Shown: piece by piece, positions 24,541 to 36,085 of the stretch
How positions within the stretch are numbered: position 1 is the first letter of the stretch
Layout: each line of letters opens with the position of its first letter
Source of the DNA: an uncultured Gammaproteobacteria bacterium
GTDB lineage: Bacteria; Pseudomonadota; Gammaproteobacteria; JAAEPA01
Assembly (NCBI GenBank): GCA_963731655.1
Contig: CAVSWL010000003.1
Coordinates: forward strand, 24,443 to 88,442
Length of the DNA: 64,000 nucleotides
Direction: 5' to 3'
Position numbers and translations under genes: made by a program
Notes under the pieces: generated by a model
Database searches by the model: none
The model's input: only the letters and a program-made list of their open reading frames with translations
Told to the model about the DNA's origin: nothing

Positions 24541-25416
24541 TCATTCAGCAAACTGATGAGTCTCGGGATTGATACCAGCGTCTTGGACAAGCCGCGCCGT
24601 ATGGGTATAGCTATCGGGATACGAGGTGGGTATAAATGATTTAACTCCTAAAATTTTCAAGATCCGTTTGGCCGCAGGATCCGTGTCCGATCCCATCCCT
24701 AGAAACACCGCCTTCAGACGCTTACCATACTCCGCATACACCGCCTTGCTCACCAGAAAAACGTTATTGGGGTTTTCTCCATCGTCCGCCGCGACTTGGT
24801 GCAAGTCCGAAAATTTCGTGCGTAGACCCTCCCACGCCAAATTCTTAACGAAAGCGAAATCGGCCCGTCCCATCGCGACTTGCTTCACGGCGATGTCATG
24901 GCTCTTGGAAGGTACATAGACGGTATTTCTCACCGAACTAGGGACCTGTCCACGGAACAGTTTGCGTGCAAAGGCCTCGCCCGACGAAGCTTCCAGTACA
25001 TAGGTCAAGCGTTTGCCCTTAAGGGATTCGGGGCCTGTGTAAGGGGTGTTCTTACGGGCAATTAAGACCGAGTGGTAGGTGCTAATCCCTTTGGCATCTT
25101 CACCCCGCGCTACAGGTACTGCCAAATCCCGAGCGCAGAGTATGTAGGTTAGGAAGCTTCCACCGTACATAGCATTCGCCTGTCCTGCCACGAATTTAGT
25201 GCCAGTGTCGTTATAACTCTTTGGGATAACGGGTCGTATTCGTGTGATGCCGTCGACCTTCTTGGAAAGATAATCGGCGAGTAAGGGCAAGGCTTGGCTA
25301 AGAGACTTCTTGGCCGGCGGGCTAATCATCAGCAGTTCTTTGATTTCCGCTTGTGCTGGACTGATACAGATAAGACCAGCGCTGATGCATAGCACGAAAA
25401 ACGGTTTTAGATTCAT
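24541..25416 (-). CDS. PhnD-like periplasmic substrate-binding protein
   Basis: Start set at [10 protein letters not shown].. (signal peptide, GGAG SD). General resemblance to phosphonate-type binding proteins that precede sensor genes. Its stop lies 10 nt from the MCP start. Confidence 0.65.
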   Translation of the reverse strand: MNLKPFFVLCISAGLICISPAQAEIKELLMISPPAKKSLSQALPLLADYLSKKVDGITRIRPVIPKSYNDTGTKFVAGQANAMYGGSFLTYILCARDLAVPVARGEDAKGISTYHSVLIARKNTPYTGPESLKGKRLTYVLEASSGEAFARKLFRGQVPSSVRNTVYVPSKSHDIAVKQVAMGRADFAFVKNLAWEGLRTKFSDLHQVAADDGENPNNVFLVSKAVYAEYGKRLKAVFLGMGSDTDPAAKRILKILGVKSFIPTSYPDSYTHTARLVQDAGINPETHQFAE

Positions 25417-26055
25417 CACATAACTCCATAGGTAGAAGGGGAAAGCGGCATCCTGCGACCGGCTATAGTAAGTGCTGGTATCGCGGGAACTCAACTGGAC
25501 CTGGTGTGCCTACAACGAAACTGCGGGCTTTGGTCATCGTTCCGTAAGGGCCGATGCCAATTAGACTTTAGGGACGAAAGTGGCGATTTCTCACGGAAGG
25601 GCGAACGCACCGAACCGACGCGATAGCGGTTCTTCAAGAGACTCCCCGCGGGAATCGGGAGGCTGACCCAACATACACAGGATATTGATCGATTACTACA
25701 TCCAATAAATTTGGGAGTGGTATCCGTACTAGTCAGCATTCCAGTGATCTAATACCCGTCTAGTCAGAGCACTCCAAATCTATTCCAATAGTATAAATTC
25801 AATCCACCATAGTAGTCTCCTAAAGCGATTATCTGGGGCCGGACACTGCTTAGGATCCCAGCTGTGTCAGGAAACACTAAGTCGTAAAGGAAGACTTTTG
25901 GAGTGGATACACCCGTTGGCTTTTTTCCTAGCCCCGATTTCTCACCCAGGTTATAGCAAAAGGTCGCCGGCTCTGGCCTAAAGCCCATGAAATCAGAGAA
26001 TTAATCTAGCTAGAGGAGGTGCCTTATGAAGACGGGATGTTGAGAAATTCCCCTT

Positions 26056-26455
26056 GAATTTCATGCGTTGGGACGTCGTAAGGTGGTGGGTAATTTTAAC
26101 GGAGACCAGATCAGTTCTGATGGCGGCGCGCTGTCGGTTCGGGAGGTTAAACAGCGCGCCGGTATTTGTCAGCGATTGTCCCAGTGGTTTGAGGCTCATC
26201 GGGATGCGGATTTGAATCGAGCACCGTGTTGAGGCGTTGATCAAACAGCGGCTAATGGGCATCGCGTTAGGGTATGAGGAATTAAACGATCATGAACAGT
26301 TGCACAGTGATCCGATATGAGCTTGGTGGTTGATAAGGCCGATCTGCGAGGCCTAGATCGAGCGCGTTTGCGAAATCAAGGCCAGGCGTTGAACCGCTTG
26401 TAGTTAACACCGTGGAATGCAGATCCAACCAGCCAGTAAAATAAAATTGTGGCCA
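26056..26455 (+). pseudogene. IS1380-family transposase N-terminal remnant with stops and frameshifts
   Basis: My translation gives GRRKVVGNFNGDQISSDGGALSVREV..., ..LMGIALGYEELNDHEQL.. and ..ALNRL... across changing frames. This is characteristic of IS1380-type DDE transposases. Confidence 0.55.
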
Positions 26456-26854
26456 AGCCCGGGGGGTCAAAGAAACCGGTTGCGAGCACCTTTGGCATTT
26501 CCTGGAACCCCACCGATTCCGGAGAGTGTGGCGAAACGGAATTCGTCTACGATTCCTGCTTCTAAAGCATTTCTCGTCCGGTTCCTTCTTCAATACTTTT
26601 TTGCTTTCGGACGATAAAACTCTAGCGCGATGATATGAAAGTGAGCATCGAACAGCTCGAACATTTGAAAAGACATCGTGCATTCCTCTCAGAACTGAGA
26701 TACCGGCAAGCATCGCACCGTCACTTTTCTCGAGAGTTGAACTCGATGTGCGTCCGGCGCCGTACAGCGGCATACCCTCCTCCGTCGAATATTCAAATGA
26801 CCCGGATGCATACCAATGGCCCAACGGATTGACAGTCCCGTGGACTTTCGGTAC

Positions 26855-27050
26855 TTTGCCTCGATTAACGTATTCGACATTGAAATCAGCGAGCGCGATC
26901 CTGACAGAATAGTCGAAATCATCGCCAGTCTAGAAACAAGCTTTGGCGGCATCAATCTGGATGACATCAAGGCCCCGGAATGCTTGCATAGCGAGCGCCC
27001 GTTGCGCAACCGGATGAAAATTCCGGTGTTCCATGCCGATCAGCGCGGCA
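26855..27050 (+). pseudogene. 196-bp fragment of an NADP-malic enzyme gene (copy of maeB 58827-59022)
   Basis: [53 protein letters not shown] aligns colinearly, without gaps, to Mae[44 protein letters not shown].. Confidence 0.85.
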
Positions 27051-27118
27051 TCGATCCATCTCCTTCTTGCCATTTTGTCGCCAGCGACCAACGATACCCT
27101 CATTAGATTAAGGGAGAG

Positions 27119-28840
27119 GTGAACCCCATGCATGCCGAGCAATTCTCCTGGTTGTTGGCGATCTGCATCCTGTTGGCCGGGGGTATCGTCGCGGTCATCG
27201 GCGCCCGGCTCGCGCGGGTCACGCCGATAGTGGGTTATTTGTTAGTTGGCGCGGGAATCGGGCCGTACGGCTTCGCTTGGGTCGAAGACGGCGGGGCGCT
27301 GCATTTTCTCGCCGAGTTCGGCGTCGCATTCCTGATGTTCGACATCGGCCTGCACTTCTCATTGAAGAGCCTTTGGGATACGCGCCACCAACTGTTCGGC
27401 CTTGGCCCGCTGCAGTTTCTGCTGACTGCCTTGCCATTGATGGTGTTGTTCGCGCTGTTCGATGTGCCCGTTGCCGGAACCGTGTTTCTTGCCGCCGCCC
27501 TGGCGCTGTCTTCCACAGCGGTGGTGCTACAGGCCTTTGCCGAACGCAACGAACGCGATACGCCACTCGGGCACACGGTCACCGCGGTGCTGATCTTCCA
27601 GGACCTGGTTGCGGTGCTGCTGCTGGTGGCGATCGGTGCGGTGACGACATCCCAGTCGGCCCCGCTGACCGACCTGTTGCTGGCGTTCGTGAAGATCGCC
27701 GCGGCGTTTGCGTTCGTCGCCGTACTGGGTCGCGCTGTTCATCCGATCTTCGACCGGATCGTACAGCACGAAGACGAGGCGACCTTCGTCGCCGCCGCCT
27801 TGTTGCTGGTGATGACCACGGCCGGAGTGACCGCCGCGATCGGACTGTCGCTGGCGTTGGGTGCGTTCCTGGCCGGCATGGCGCTGTCCGAATCCGAGTA
27901 CTGCTACCGGGTCAAGACGGAGATACGGCCGTTTCGCGGCCTGCTGCTCGGGCTATTCTTCCTGACCGTCGGCATGGCGCTTAATACCGCCACGCTGATC
28001 GAGATACCGCTGACGGTGCTGGCGCTATTTGCCGCATTCCTGCTGATCAAGCTCGTCGCCGGGGTCGCGGCGGCACGCTTGTTGCGCCAGCAGTCGGGTT
28101 TCGCGGTACGTTTCGGTTTCAGCCTTGCCCAGGGCAGCGAATTTGCGTTCGTGATCATGGCGCTGGCACTGGGCGCCAATCTGATCTCGACGCCGCTCGC
28201 CAGTGCGGCAGTTGTCGTGGTGGTCGCCAGCATGGTGCTCACCGGTCTGCTGATCCCGCAGGGTGACCGATTGGGGCGGCTGATCGAGGCGCGCGTCGAA
28301 ATGGACGAACCTGCCGTGCAGCTCGCCGAAACGGCCGCACGCGGCTCACGTGTGATCATCAACGGTCTGGATGACACGGGCCGTAGCGTTGCCGAAGCGC
28401 TTCACGGGCTGGGCATCGATTATCTGGCGTTGGAAACCGATCCCGACCGCCTGCACATGGGGCGCAGCGCGGGTTTTCGCGTCGCCCACGGCGACCCGTT
28501 GGACTTCGCGCTGCTGCAGTCGCTGGACCTCGGCTCTGCGAGCGCAATGGTGCTGGGCGTCGCGCGCGGTCCGGCGGCTGTCAGGCTGATTAGTCAGGTC
28601 CGCGAACGCTATCCCGATCTGCCGATCCTATTGCGCGCACTGGACGCGCAAACCGCGGGTGACGCCGCAGCAGCGGGTGCCAAAGTCTGCGTGCGCCTCA
28701 ATGCGCCGAATGCCGACGAACTGGTGCTCAACACGCTCCGCCAGCTCGGTGTTAGCGAGGAAAAGGTGCAGCGCTGGGAGAACGCAACCCAACCATCACT
28801 GTTCGAACGCGCGGACAAAGCGCACCAGCTGCTTGGTTGA
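27119..28840 (+). CDS. CPA2-family cation:proton antiporter with a C-terminal TrkA-N/RCK-like domain (Kef-type)
   Basis: 573 aa with ~12 hydrophobic helices and a soluble tail (VIINGLDDTGRSVAEAL). Visibly GC-richer than its neighbours. Confidence 0.8.
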   Translation: MNPMHAEQFSWLLAICILLAGGIVAVIGARLARVTPIVGYLLVGAGIGPYGFAWVEDGGALHFLAEFGVAFLMFDIGLHFSLKSLWDTRHQLFGLGPLQFLLTALPLMVLFALFDVPVAGTVFLAAALALSSTAVVLQAFAERNERDTPLGHTVTAVLIFQDLVAVLLLVAIGAVTTSQSAPLTDLLLAFVKIAAAFAFVAVLGRAVHPIFDRIVQHEDEATFVAAALLLVMTTAGVTAAIGLSLALGAFLAGMALSESEYCYRVKTEIRPFRGLLLGLFFLTVGMALNTATLIEIPLTVLALFAAFLLIKLVAGVAAARLLRQQSGFAVRFGFSLAQGSEFAFVIMALALGANLISTPLASAAVVVVVASMVLTGLLIPQGDRLGRLIEARVEMDEPAVQLAETAARGSRVIINGLDDTGRSVAEALHGLGIDYLALETDPDRLHMGRSAGFRVAHGDPLDFALLQSLDLGSASAMVLGVARGPAAVRLISQVRERYPDLPILLRALDAQTAGDAAAAGAKVCVRLNAPNADELVLNTLRQLGVSEEKVQRWENATQPSLFERADKAHQLLG

Positions 28841-28919
28841 TCCGGCGACAGTCGGCCGCAGTGCCGACGGGCCGACCCGCGGCCGACACGCTGTGACGTT
28901 TGAAGACCGTCTAGCGCGA

Positions 28920-29072
28920 CTACGTCACACGTTGTTCTCCGATCCCAGGTAAGTCCTCGATGAGCCGATACCTTCCAGCCGGCAGGCAGGCCAGTGCCAG
29001 GCGAAGCGGGTGACGCTTGCCCAGAATAATGCTGTCCACCCGGGAGACAGCCTCGTTAATTTCCATGCTCAT
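28920..29072 (-). pseudogene. possible MoxR-type AAA ATPase N-terminal fragment
   Basis: IILGKRHPLRLALACLPAGRYRLIEDLPGIGEQ resembles the region up to the MoxR P-loop, then ends. Confidence 0.3.
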
Positions 29073-29279
29073 GCGATAATCTTGGCGGTGACGCAACCTT
29101 CGCGTCAACGCTATCTGACGCCACCACGTACTAGCTATCGAGTTGGGTGTCCGTCAACCGTTAGGGGTTTGCGCCATCCCTCCCTGGTCAGCCGGATTTG
29201 AGCTACAATGAATCAGAGTTTTCATCCCGTCAGGACATAAACGTACCGATGTGGGAACGCTTATTATCGCTGTCGATCC

Positions 29280-29590
29280 ATGCTAACGAAACGCGCACTT
29301 CTGATCCTCGCCGCTCTCGTCACTCATGGCATGTCACAGCTATTTCGTGAAGGGATGCTGCGCCTCTGCGGCAAATCCGATCAGGCGGTATTTGAACTAA
29401 CCCAGGCGATGGGCGGCGGAAAGACCCACATGATGATCGCGCTGGGGCTGCTAGCCCGCCATCCCGAGCTTCGCAACGAGGTGTTGCCCGCCTAGCTAGC
29501 GGAGCGTACTGATTTTGGCAGCGCCCGACTTGCCGCGTTCAACGGCAGAAACGACCCGGAAAACTTCATCGAAAAAGCAGGCAGACGCAA
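29280..29590 (+). pseudogene. DUF499-type ATPase fragment (defence-associated)
   Basis: GMSQLFREGMLRLCGKSDQAVFELTQAMGGGKTHMMIALGLL carries a GGGKTH P-loop as in DUF499. After the stop at 29493 the sequence continues in another frame (LAERTDFGSARLAAFNGRNDPENF). Confidence 0.5.
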
Positions 29591-30120
29591 AACAGAGTTA
29601 CGCTCATCCGACACTGGGCTTTGGCGTTCCGGCAAGCAGCGACCCGCACCACTTTAAGGTTCTAATTCCCAAGGCCAACAGCGGCAAGGTGCAGATCACA
29701 GAGCACCTCGGACTACAGGCACTCAGCGACGAATACGCGTTCATCGACCGTGTGATGCTGGAACGCGCCCGCTGGACGGCGATTCGCAGTGAAGTTCAAC
29801 GCGCCCTCAACGCCCGGCGGAAAGAGCACAATTTGAAGACCTCTGCCTGGAAGGTGGGCGAAAACCCGGTCGATCGGCTGCTGGGCAAGGAAATTTGTGT
29901 GCTTGCCTGGGCCGCGGAAGGCGTGAAGATGGAAAACATCCCGGTTGCCGTGCGCAATTGGCCCGCCTTACGCCCCGAGGAGCGTTGGTGGTTGTTTGGC
30001 ATGGCGGCGATGAGCACCGGCGGAATCGGGGATGGCGGCTGGCGCTGCGCCATGCGCTGGGGGGATGTGGCGCAGGGTGAATTGCTGAAACCGTGTATCC
30101 AGAAGAAAGAGCAGGCTTAA
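29515..30120 (+). CDS. DUF3780-like protein; start uncertain, 5' end fused to the DUF499 remnant
   Basis: GFGVPASSDPHHFKVLIPK.., RLLGKEICVLAWAAEG and RPEERWWLF match my memory of DUF3780 proteins, which accompany DUF499/DUF1156. Confidence 0.45.
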   Translation: MAAPDLPRSTAETTRKTSSKKQADAKQSYAHPTLGFGVPASSDPHHFKVLIPKANSGKVQITEHLGLQALSDEYAFIDRVMLERARWTAIRSEVQRALNARRKEHNLKTSAWKVGENPVDRLLGKEICVLAWAAEGVKMENIPVAVRNWPALRPEERWWLFGMAAMSTGGIGDGGWRCAMRWGDVAQGELLKPCIQKKEQA

Positions 30121-30449
30121 TGGTGAGTTGCCGCTGTTTGACCTGTTCGAGAGCGAACATCCGATACCTAGGTAGCAGCTATGACGATTAGATTTTACTC
30201 TGTCACGCCACTAATTATGACGTGGCTGAGTATATACTTCGAACGGTTATCGTGGGAAATTTTCGGTGAGCCATGGATATCGAGAGCGGCGCTGCTATCA
30301 ATGTTCAGGGCCGGAGAAAAATCGTGATTTACAGCCGCTCGTCGTCGCGTATAGGTTTCTCGGTAGATGGCGCGCGGCATTTCGCGCATGACAAGGTGCC
30401 ACGACGAGTAATATTCGATAGATTGCGTTTGATCAACGAGGTTAGAGAA

Positions 30450-30656
30450 ATGATCCAAACGATAGAAGCGACAATAGATGAAAAGGGCGAAATACGCCTG
30501 GCGGAACCGATTCGGATCAAGGGTGTTCATCGAGCATTAGTCACTGTGCTTGAAGAGCCCCCAAGCGAGGCATTTGCAACGGCAATGTTATCGGAATCCA
30601 GTCTGGCAACCGATTGGTTAAGGCCAGAGGAAGATGAAGCATGGTCACACCTGTAG
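30450..30656 (+). CDS. type II antitoxin (MazE-like partner of the downstream MazF/PemK gene)
   Basis: 68 aa from ATG 30450. It overlaps the toxin start by 16 nt. The acidic C-terminus (DWLRPEEDEAWSHL) is typical of such antitoxins. Confidence 0.5.
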   Translation: MIQTIEATIDEKGEIRLAEPIRIKGVHRALVTVLEEPPSEAFATAMLSESSLATDWLRPEEDEAWSHL

Positions 30657-30979
30657 CCGGATCAGTCATGCTGGTTCCATTTCCGTTTTCTGATTTATCG
30701 GCTTCTAAGTTACGACCTGCCCTTGTCATTGCAGACTCAGGACGCGGTGACTGGGTTTGTGTGCAGATTACCAGTAATCCGTATTCAGATTTAACGGCAA
30801 TGGAGCTTACTGATACGGATTTCAAGGAGGGTTCACTAAGCAGGGTCAGTTACGCCAGACCAGGATAATTATTCACTGCGAACCAATCACTCTTTAGGCG
30901 CAGTATTGGCAGAATCACTGAAAACAAGTTGCACCAGGTGCATGCGGCTGTTATCGCCTTGTTGCAAAGTCAAAAATAG
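30641..30979 (+). pseudogene. MazF/PemK-family toxin interrupted by an in-frame TAA
   Basis: GSVMLVPFPFSDLSASKLRPALVI..VCVQITSN.. is a PemK signature. The TAA at 30866-30868 is followed in the same frame by LFTANQSLFRRSIGRITENKLHQVHAAVIALLQSQK, up to TAG 30977-30979. Confidence 0.7.
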
Positions 30980-31788
30980 GTGAAGACCGCAAGACGATCG
31001 GCATTGTTCTCCAATGCCCTGCGTGATGCGCCGGCGCTGATTGAGACGGTCTTTCCAACACAGAAAGTCTCGTTTGAGGCGCAAAGAGAACGAAAGGCTG
31101 GCGCGGGTCAAACCCTCACTGCGCTGGGTTCCTATTGGAAGGGACGCAAGCCGCTGATCTTGGTGCGCGCCATCGTGCTAGGGAGCCTGTTGCCGCAGAC
31201 CGGCGATGCGGAAAAGGACCTGGAGATCTTTCGAAAAGCTGATGGCCTTCGACGAAGAGGGGCTGGAGCGCCGCGCCCTGGTTCAAAACCAGCTCAAGCC
31301 CAAGGAGATTGCCATGCGTGTCACGCTCGCCAATCCCTGGGAGTTCTTCAGCCACAGTATCAAGGACGGCGATCCATTGCGTGATGGATATGGAGACCAG
31401 CGGCGTATCCAAGCTGGATAACTACCAGAATTTCGCCAAGGCCTTCCACGTGGAAGACTACGCCAAAGTCATGGCCAGCATGACCGCCAACCAGGCGCGG
31501 CTCAAGGAAATTCAGGCGTTTAGCTCACGCGATCTCAGCGACAGCAGCGAAAATGGCGCCACCTGGCTTGGAAAGTTAACCATCGGCCTGCAGCAACTGC
31601 TCGCCGATACCGAACCCCGGGCTATCGTCAGCCAGCTCCAGGCGGATCTGCCCGACTTTATGGAAATCCGCCCGCTGCTGATCGATCTTCTGCGGTTCAT
31701 CGAACTCAAATCGCCGGATGCGGCGGTGCGTAATGCCGCCGAGGTGCTCGGTAGCCGGCTGAGTAACCTGCGCGCGCTCGGACAGTAG
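30980..31788 (+). pseudogene. remnant of a DUF1156-type DNA methyltransferase (frameshifts; core apparently deleted)
   Basis: LIETVFPTQKVSFEAQRERKAGAGQTLTALGSYWKGRKPLILVRAIVLGSLL resembles the DUF1156 domain. The reading frame changes near 31225 and near 31390. Only ~270 codons remain in total. Confidence 0.45.
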
Positions 31789-31804
31789 CCGGGATAACCT
31801 CCCC

Positions 31805-32449
31805 GTGACAATCCGCCGCCTTTCCTCTCGCACCGAACGATTAGACCAGAATTTTCTGCTCGAGCACCTGAAGAACGCGCGCAGTTATAAGCGTATCGCG
31901 GGCTATTTCACCAGTTCCCTGTTCGAGATAGCTTATGAATGGCTCGACGAGATCCCGGAAGTCAAGATCGTCTGTAACGTGGACATTCACCCCGATGATC
32001 TGAAAGTGGCGCAATTGCGGGAATCGAAGATGATCGGCCGCTGGAATGAGAATGCCATCGAGGCCGAGGCCTTATTGAACCGCTCCCGCTACCGCCGGCT
32101 GGATCAGTTTCTGGCTAAGCGCGGCCCGATGATTCGCGTGGCGCCGGACAGTATCTGCGGCTTTGTTCACGGCAGGGCCGGCGTAATCGAGCTGGCCGAT
32201 TGCCGTAAGCTAGGGTTTATCGGCTCCATGAACGAGACCAGCAGCGGCTGGCAGCGTCATTATGAGATCCTTTGGGAGGATGATTCACCCGAGGGCGTCG
32301 CCTGGATTGAACAAGAGTTTGATTTTCTGTGGAATGCCGCCCGCCCCATGCCGGAGGCGGTGATCTGTGAGGTCAAACGGCGGGATTGCTCAGCAGTACT
32401 TTCACGCAGCGATTTTATAAAATTGATGAGCGAGGGTTGGAGTCCGTGA
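31805..32449 (+). pseudogene. PLD-like nuclease domain, N-terminal stub of a PLD-helicase (helicase part missing)
   Basis: RIAGYFTSSLFE.. and FVHGRAGVIELADCRKLGFIGSMNETSSGW form an HKD-like motif that reads H-G-R. The ORF stops ~100 bp before the 610-bp repeat. Confidence 0.5.
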
Positions 32450-32670
32450 TGGGCTACGGCGATTCACTGCCTAAATATACAAGAACGGCGAGCATAACGT
32501 GATCGCGAAGTAGAGGTCGCATAAAAGCCCTTTTTTCCAGGGACGGCGAATCCCTGCGCGCACTCGTGATCCATCTGCAGAAAAAGTACAATCATCTGCA
32601 TTCGACTCCGTATAGGCTTGATGAAATCGGAATTGTGTAGCACCCTGCTCTTTACCTATACCGTTGCAAA

Positions 32671-34355
<1,685 letters not shown>

Positions 34356-34510
34356 ACGTGAAGCGGAATGAGCCCCAACAGCAGCTCGTGACCGGCCCGC
34401 ACGGCCTGCGGGGTGGCGTCCTTCATGGCGGCTGTTGATTAAATCCCATTTACTCCGACAATCACGGCAAAATGCTGCTGGTGCCCAGGCGGCTGTATAT
34501 CAGGATAAAG

Positions 34511-34621
34511 GGTGTCCTGCACGGAAAGGATCTAGCGGCCACGTTTTCGATGCTGCGTGCTAACGATCTGATCTGGTCCTATGTCGTCAACAATTATCTG
34601 AAAGGCAAGACACCTGCGCCC
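34511..34621 (+). pseudogene. ~110-bp fragment of a class I PHA synthase (phaC) gene
   Basis: [33 protein letters not shown] matches the conserved PhaC block ..[26 protein letters not shown].. No flanking phaC sequence is present. Confidence 0.6.
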
Positions 34622-34805
34622 GGGCGCTACGTAATGCCGCGGACCTAATGTTGCCTAAACTGAAGCGATTCGCCGTAGTTGGGAATATGGTGACACAATA
34701 CTTGGTTCTTCCATATTACACCAAGAAGGAAATTTGTTGGAGCAGAAGTAGAGAAAGTCAGGTGCTCAACTAACGAACTATAATCGAGCACTGATTCTCT
34801 AAAAC

Positions 34806-36083
34806 TTACCCATTAGGTATTACGTCCCCATTATTCAGAAATCCTTGCAATGCTACCGAATCTTCCCTCGCCATCACGTCCAGTGAAACTATCGTAATCC
34901 AACAATTACGCATCCCTTTGAATTGCAGCGGATAAGATCCGGCCAACCCTCGCTCCGCTGGATAGATCAACGCCAAGTGATCGACGCCGTAGCGGTTGGC
35001 ATAGGCTTGCATTTGGTACATATCGCCCTGCGAAACGCCGAGCTTGTGGTCAGTTGCGTCCAACAATTTCCATTTCGCATCCGCGAGCAGGGTTACCTGA
35101 TTATCCTGATCGAGTAAAGCGATATCAGGCTTCATTTGGAAAACGGACTTATCTATGTCCAGACGGTGGGCAAGATATTTTCGTGGCCCTTGCTCGCGCA
35201 AGCGTAGACCTTGCCGTCTCGCATAGCCCCGCATGATAGCGGCCACCCAGGTTTCGAACAAACGGTTCATGTCGAATAGCAGCGAGAAAGCCTTGCCGGA
35301 ACCGGCTAAAACATCGGGGTTAAGACCGCGGACGAATATCTTGCATTGATCGATTACCGCCTGGTATCGTGCATTGACACGATCGATAACCAAGCGATCA
35401 AAACTTTCACCAGTGATTGACACATCACGGACACTGTCAAAACTCATCAATAATTCGGTCACACGCTTTCTCGCCAATGGCGAGCGGGTTTTTGGCAGCA
35501 ACAAACGCAAAGTAAATTTGATGATACGATTTAGCGGGATATCTTCGCCGAGTTCGTCGTAGCGGCAATACAAACGTTCCCGGTGAAACAGGTTATGCTT
35601 CAACTGCTGAGCGGTGAGCAGCCGGCCCCGGAGCACCGGCAAGTTCTCTTCTCTGTTAGTGTACCGCTTGATTTTACCCTGGACGATCTGAGCTTGAAGT
35701 TCTTCGCAAAAGTGCAGTATAAAAACATCCAGTAGGGTATGTTTCTGAATATTGACCGATGCTTGTCCTCCACGATGGCTGCGTAATTGCTTGGCTTTCT
35801 TTAACATCCGCACCAGCGCATCTCGGCAGGAGCCGGGATCATCTTCTTTGCCGTGGATTTTCGGTAGAATCTCCAGGGTGAGATCACCCAATTGAATAAC
35901 CCCGCAATACTGCGTCCATTTGATGCGGTTGTGCCCCCAGCGGAACGTGTTGCACGGCAGACTGCTTTCAATTTTAGACAACAACCGGGCGTGTTTCCGT
36001 CCCAGTGCCCTTTGGCCAGCGTGCCGGTTATCGACGATGGGTAGCGACTCGTGTTCGATACAGCTGATGATATCGGCAGCCAT
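34806..36083 (-). CDS. mcrC: McrC endonuclease subunit
   Basis: 425 aa with a C-terminal PD-(D/E)xK motif (PDIALLD..LLADAKWK). It lies 2 nt downstream of mcrB. Confidence 0.85.
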   Translation of the reverse strand: MAADIISCIEHESLPIVDNRHAGQRALGRKHARLLSKIESSLPCNTFRWGHNRIKWTQYCGVIQLGDLTLEILPKIHGKEDDPGSCRDALVRMLKKAKQLRSHRGGQASVNIQKHTLLDVFILHFCEELQAQIVQGKIKRYTNREENLPVLRGRLLTAQQLKHNLFHRERLYCRYDELGEDIPLNRIIKFTLRLLLPKTRSPLARKRVTELLMSFDSVRDVSITGESFDRLVIDRVNARYQAVIDQCKIFVRGLNPDVLAGSGKAFSLLFDMNRLFETWVAAIMRGYARRQGLRLREQGPRKYLAHRLDIDKSVFQMKPDIALLDQDNQVTLLADAKWKLLDATDHKLGVSQGDMYQMQAYANRYGVDHLALIYPAERGLAGSYPLQFKGMRNCWITIVSLDVMAREDSVALQGFLNNGDVIPNG

Positions 36084-36085
36084 AT

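Noticed and set aside
25491-26262. Minus-strand ORFs of 74-89 aa upstream of the PhnD-like gene
   Set aside because: They overlap the IS1380-type remnant region, with no motifs. More likely this is non-coding debris or the IS end.
27219-28818. 235-aa Arg-rich plus-strand ORF and several minus-strand ORFs within the Kef-type gene
   Set aside because: These are alternative-frame artefacts of high GC content. Only the 573-aa frame gives a multi-helix membrane protein.
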